A stretch of DNA of 64,000 nucleotides from Halocafeteria seosinensis (taxonomy: Eukaryota). Of the stretch, positions 60,601-64,000 are shown piece after piece. The notes beneath the pieces were generated by a model. It was not told the DNA's origin. It did no database searches and saw only the letters and a program-made list of their open reading frames with translations. Location of the stretch: positions 248,001-312,000 of the forward strand of contig LVLI01000194.1 of assembly GCA_001687465.1 (NCBI GenBank). The letters are read 5' to 3'. Position 1 is the stretch's first letter. Each line of letters opens with the position of its first letter. The position numbers were made by a program, and so were the translations under genes.

Positions 60601-61513
60601 AGAAGGATCTGTCAACAAGGGTCACGGTCTCACTGGTAAGGAGCATCACAAGGAGACCGTGGACATAGTCGGTTCTCCTCAATGTTCAACTGCCCGAATA
60701 ACTTCAGAGCTTGCTGAAAGCTTTGCGCAAGTATTCTATGCGGAAGACGAACCTGTTCCCAGTCAGGCAGCAAACTCGGCAAACAAACGTAATGCCACGG
60801 AGAGACTTACTCGAGGGCACTCGAAAAGGCAAAGGACCTCTGAAACAAAGCCCATGGAAGGTTTGGTGCACTTTGATAGCGGGGTGAGAGTTTCGCCCCA
60901 GCGTACTAGCAGTGGCGCTCCGAAGCGACGGTCGACACACCCCACCCTGAGGAGCAGGCGTTCTCGAGTAATCATTTACACGGAGAAGACTAGAGATCGT
61001 GCGGATACTAAAAAAAGTGACACGAAGTCATACACTGCGGTGGTTTCATCTCCTCGCTTAGCGAACAAAGAGAATTCTCTACCGACAGATGCCTCTGGCC
61101 CATGTTCGTCATCCAATTCTAGTAGCCCGCGGACCAGGTCGCAGTGTCTTGAGGCACAGTATGGAATAGGAAGTGACGTAAGCAAGTCTAGCGAGGAAGT
61201 TGCGCCTGAAGCTTTCCGTAACAATCGGAGCAACGTTCCACCGCAGCGGGGGAAGGTTGTAAAGTCCGCTGCAGGACCAAAGTGCCCCCGCCGTTCTGGC
61301 TCAAGGGAAAACAGGACTTTAAAGAGTAGATCTGCGGGTATGGCCACTTCGGAATTGCAACGATTAACAACAGCGCGAAAACGTAGATCCTCTTCTGGTC
61401 AAACTCCTTCCGATCCCTCGGGACCTGTGAGTAAGCATCAAAGTACCCAAGGCGATCCCCCAACTTCGAGATCGGGGCGAGAGCTAAGATCTCCGAAGAT
61501 ATTACACTTTTAA
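57619..61513 (+). CDS. DBF4: Probable Dbf4/ASK, the regulatory subunit of Cdc7 kinase (motifs N, M and C plus a long disordered tail)
   Basis: BRCT-like N motif (FTIWIDPQL...AWQLAAQKDIYVASLAGYWKYI), M-like motif (VFDLSGWFYPVVH|DY...YPML...HCPF) and a DBF-type zinc finger (RCELCGQSFKDRKKHMLDPLH). Five exons splice in frame; an alternative ATG lies at 57508. Confidence 0.68.
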
Positions 61514-61600
61514 AACACTGATAGTGTAATTACATTTGTATTTGGGAATAATGTCAACAAATATACTACGAGCGCAAAAACCGCTCAGGACCGTACAAAC

Positions 61601-63681
61601 CTAGTTATTGCGACGGCCATTAACTACCATGTTGATACGAGACACTACTCCAGAAGGTAGCGGACCCTCTGGTTTTGGCGCTTCACTTGCAGGCCACGCC
61701 TTGAAAGGGTCATCGAACTTGGCCCACTCATCCGGCCCGAGCGACATTTCTTCATCGGATAAAGTTGCCTCATGAAGAGCGTTTAGTATCTGCACATTCA
61801 AGTGACAACGATCCCATTGAGAGTTTATACTTGAGCAACCGCACTTACTCGGTCTTTGTCCATGGAGCGGCCAATGATTACGATCTCGTTGTTTCGGTCT
61901 CCAATGTCTTTCAGCCACTCAACCCGCATAGAGTTTTGCCAGTTTGGCGGCCAACACGCTGGATGTACAGCAGCAAACCATGGCCCTCCAGGAGAAAGGG
62001 TGTGTTGGCTTCCAGCATGTTCCCATAAACCTGCATTCGGAACATTCGGAGAGCACTAAAGACTCACAGGACAACGTTGACGCAGTTCGTTTGGTTTACT
62101 CACCCCCCATGTCGTTTCTCGTGGCCAGCCAAACAAATCCCTTAGAGCGAATTACGGAGGAAAATATATCACTATTCGAAATGAGATTGTGCAGCCTGCA
62201 AAAGCGATCAATCCGGTAAAAATGACGTATGAGAGCGAAAGTCCAGCCTGGGATATAGTTACCTCATAGGGTGGAACGGGCGACGGGAACGGAATACAAA
62301 ACTAGAGATGCCATACTCCTCCGTTTCAGGTACTACCTCTTCACTGCATTATGTAATACGATCCAGGCACTTAGTATACGTCCGAGGACACAAGATGAAT
62401 GCTTAAGAACCTACGTCAAAGTCTTCAGCCATCCGGCCGATTTCCTAGCTTTTTCGAAACTAAATTGTTTGGTGTTCAGTATCATGTCGAGGGGTACCTG
62501 CAGTGCGAGTGTCCACACCAGCTTCACACATATATCGAGAGATAGCCCAACGTAAGTCACTTTACGTTGCTTCGAACAGTGTCGACGATCTTCGCATCTG
62601 GGTTCAGGTTCTTAAGGATACCCTTGAGAGTGTCCATTTGCTCGCATGATACCAAGTCAGCCTTGTTGATAAGGATGACATTGGCAAATTCGACCTGTAA
62701 TGGATAAAACCATATCTTCATATAACCTCCAATCGTGCTGGTTATTTTCCGAGAAAAATGGCCTTACCTGGTCCACCAGTAAATCAACTAGAGTTCGTTG
62801 ATCTTCTTCTGCGGATTCTACCTCCCTGCTCTTCAAGGTGTCGTGCGATTGGTAGTCCTGCAATAGAACGTTGAACAGAAAAAGAAATACATCGTCAATG
62901 CTTTTTATTTGCAATTTCCGTATATTCACTTACTCGTAGCCAGTTATATGCATCGACCACTGTCACCATGGTATCTGTAAACGGTCCCTCAGGAGCGGTC
63001 GTGAAGCAAATTGCTACAATAAATTAGTTTTTAAGAGGCCCTACACATACCTAAGCGAGAAATCCCACTCAACACGGTGCCGGTACCATTCGTAAACGTA
63101 AAGGTCTCAGCGACGGGCATGGGTTCGGAAATTCCCGTGCTTTCAATGACCAAATAATCAAACGCGCCCTCATTCGCTAGTTTGGCAACCTCCTCGAGCA
63201 AGTCTTCACGCAGTGTGCAGCAAATACATCCATTTTGCATTTGGACCATTTTTTCTTCCCGACGACTGAGAGCCACATCTCCTGAGCGAACCAGCTCGGC
63301 GTCAATGTTCACCTCACTCATGTCATTCACGATTAAAGCGACGCGCAAGCCTTGAGTGTTGCGTAGAATATGCTGCAACAAGGTCGTTTTGCCGCTCCCA
63401 AGAAAGCCTGATAACACTGTTACGGGGAGACGAGTGTCCTCTTTTCCCCCCTCTACATTTGACGATATTACTGCCTCCTGCCGATCATGGTCATGATCAT
63501 GGCAATGGGCGTGCATAGGGGCTACCTCACTGCCATCGCCGCGTCGCGCGCCGGCATTTTCCCCGCGTGTTCCTGCTCCTACAGCAGCTGCGGCAGCGGC
63601 CGCTGATGATGATGTGTTATGGTTGCTGCCAGCATTCTTCTGTTGCTCCTCTTCGTGTTGGCTTTGTACTCCTTCCGTCAT
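61601..63681 (-). CDS. COG0523/CobW-family G3E GTPase zinc metallochaperone (YciC/ZigA-like)
   Basis: [95 protein letters not shown] and DPF..W; about 9 exons. Confidence 0.95.
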
Positions 63682-64000
63682 TTTGTACACACCAGTAAAG
63701 CTCTGTCAAGAACGAAGAATGACCGAAATGAAGGGCGTCCGCCATCTCCGTAATACTTCATTCATCACACAGGCTTACCTTTGTATACTATGAGCCAATA
63801 CGTTTACCTTTTCCTATACTAGAATTCCTCTCTTTTTCCGGTCTTGCGATTCCAATTCTTCTTTTTTTTTTGGTATCGGTCTGTCAGTCAAGTCCCAGCA
63901 AGAGGCACGAAAACTGCTGTTCTGCCAGAGAGAGGCGGGGGAACTTGAAGGAATGTGACACAACGGTGGTGGTGCCACCGTGGTGGTCAGCAAGCTTCAA

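Noticed and set aside
1..64000. Prokaryotic-type systems (CRISPR arrays, operons, IS elements, defence islands)
   Set aside because: The DNA is spliceosomal-intron-rich eukaryotic sequence, and no regularly spaced direct repeats or transposases were seen.
1..64000. Alternative genetic code or stop-codon readthrough to explain the fragmented ORFs
   Set aside because: Every break examined in intact genes is explained by a canonical short intron, and TAA, TAG and TGA all serve as terminal stops.

Overview
Gene-dense, intron-containing eukaryotic nuclear DNA using the standard code. Introns are mostly about 55-100 nt with GTAAGT/GTATGT/GTACGT donors and (T/C)AG acceptors, so the ORF track fragments almost every gene. 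A tubular-mastigoneme-type EGF protein and axonemal genes (GAS8/DRC4, CCDC96) point to a flagellated stramenopile; whether it is photosynthetic cannot be told from this window. About 24 protein-coding genes were reconstructed by hand-splicing: HSF, SET methyltransferase, bZIP-PAS, a small hidden cilia-like gene, a CCDC96 fusion, TMEM184, U2AF65, transportin-1, importin-beta, DDRGK1, a cNMP-binding protein, a mastigoneme protein, ANK-EF, TBC1D23-like, ADAT3, ANK, NAE1, sHSP, Qc-SNARE, a coiled-coil protein, GAS8, two MATE transporters, a Dbf4-like protein and a COG0523 GTPase. There is also a scar made of an internally deleted CRE-type non-LTR retrotransposon joined to a decapitated, decaying PAK kinase gene. 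The most interesting observations are five. (1) An aureochrome-like bZIP carries a degenerate LOV/PAS domain and has TGACGT boxes in its own promoter. (2) A probable Dbf4 has all three motifs. (3) CCDC96 is fused to CAP-like and MABP-like domains. (4) ADAT3 has lost all three canonical zinc ligands. (5) The retroelement/PAK breakpoint. All family assignments come from motif recognition by eye; no database searches were run.
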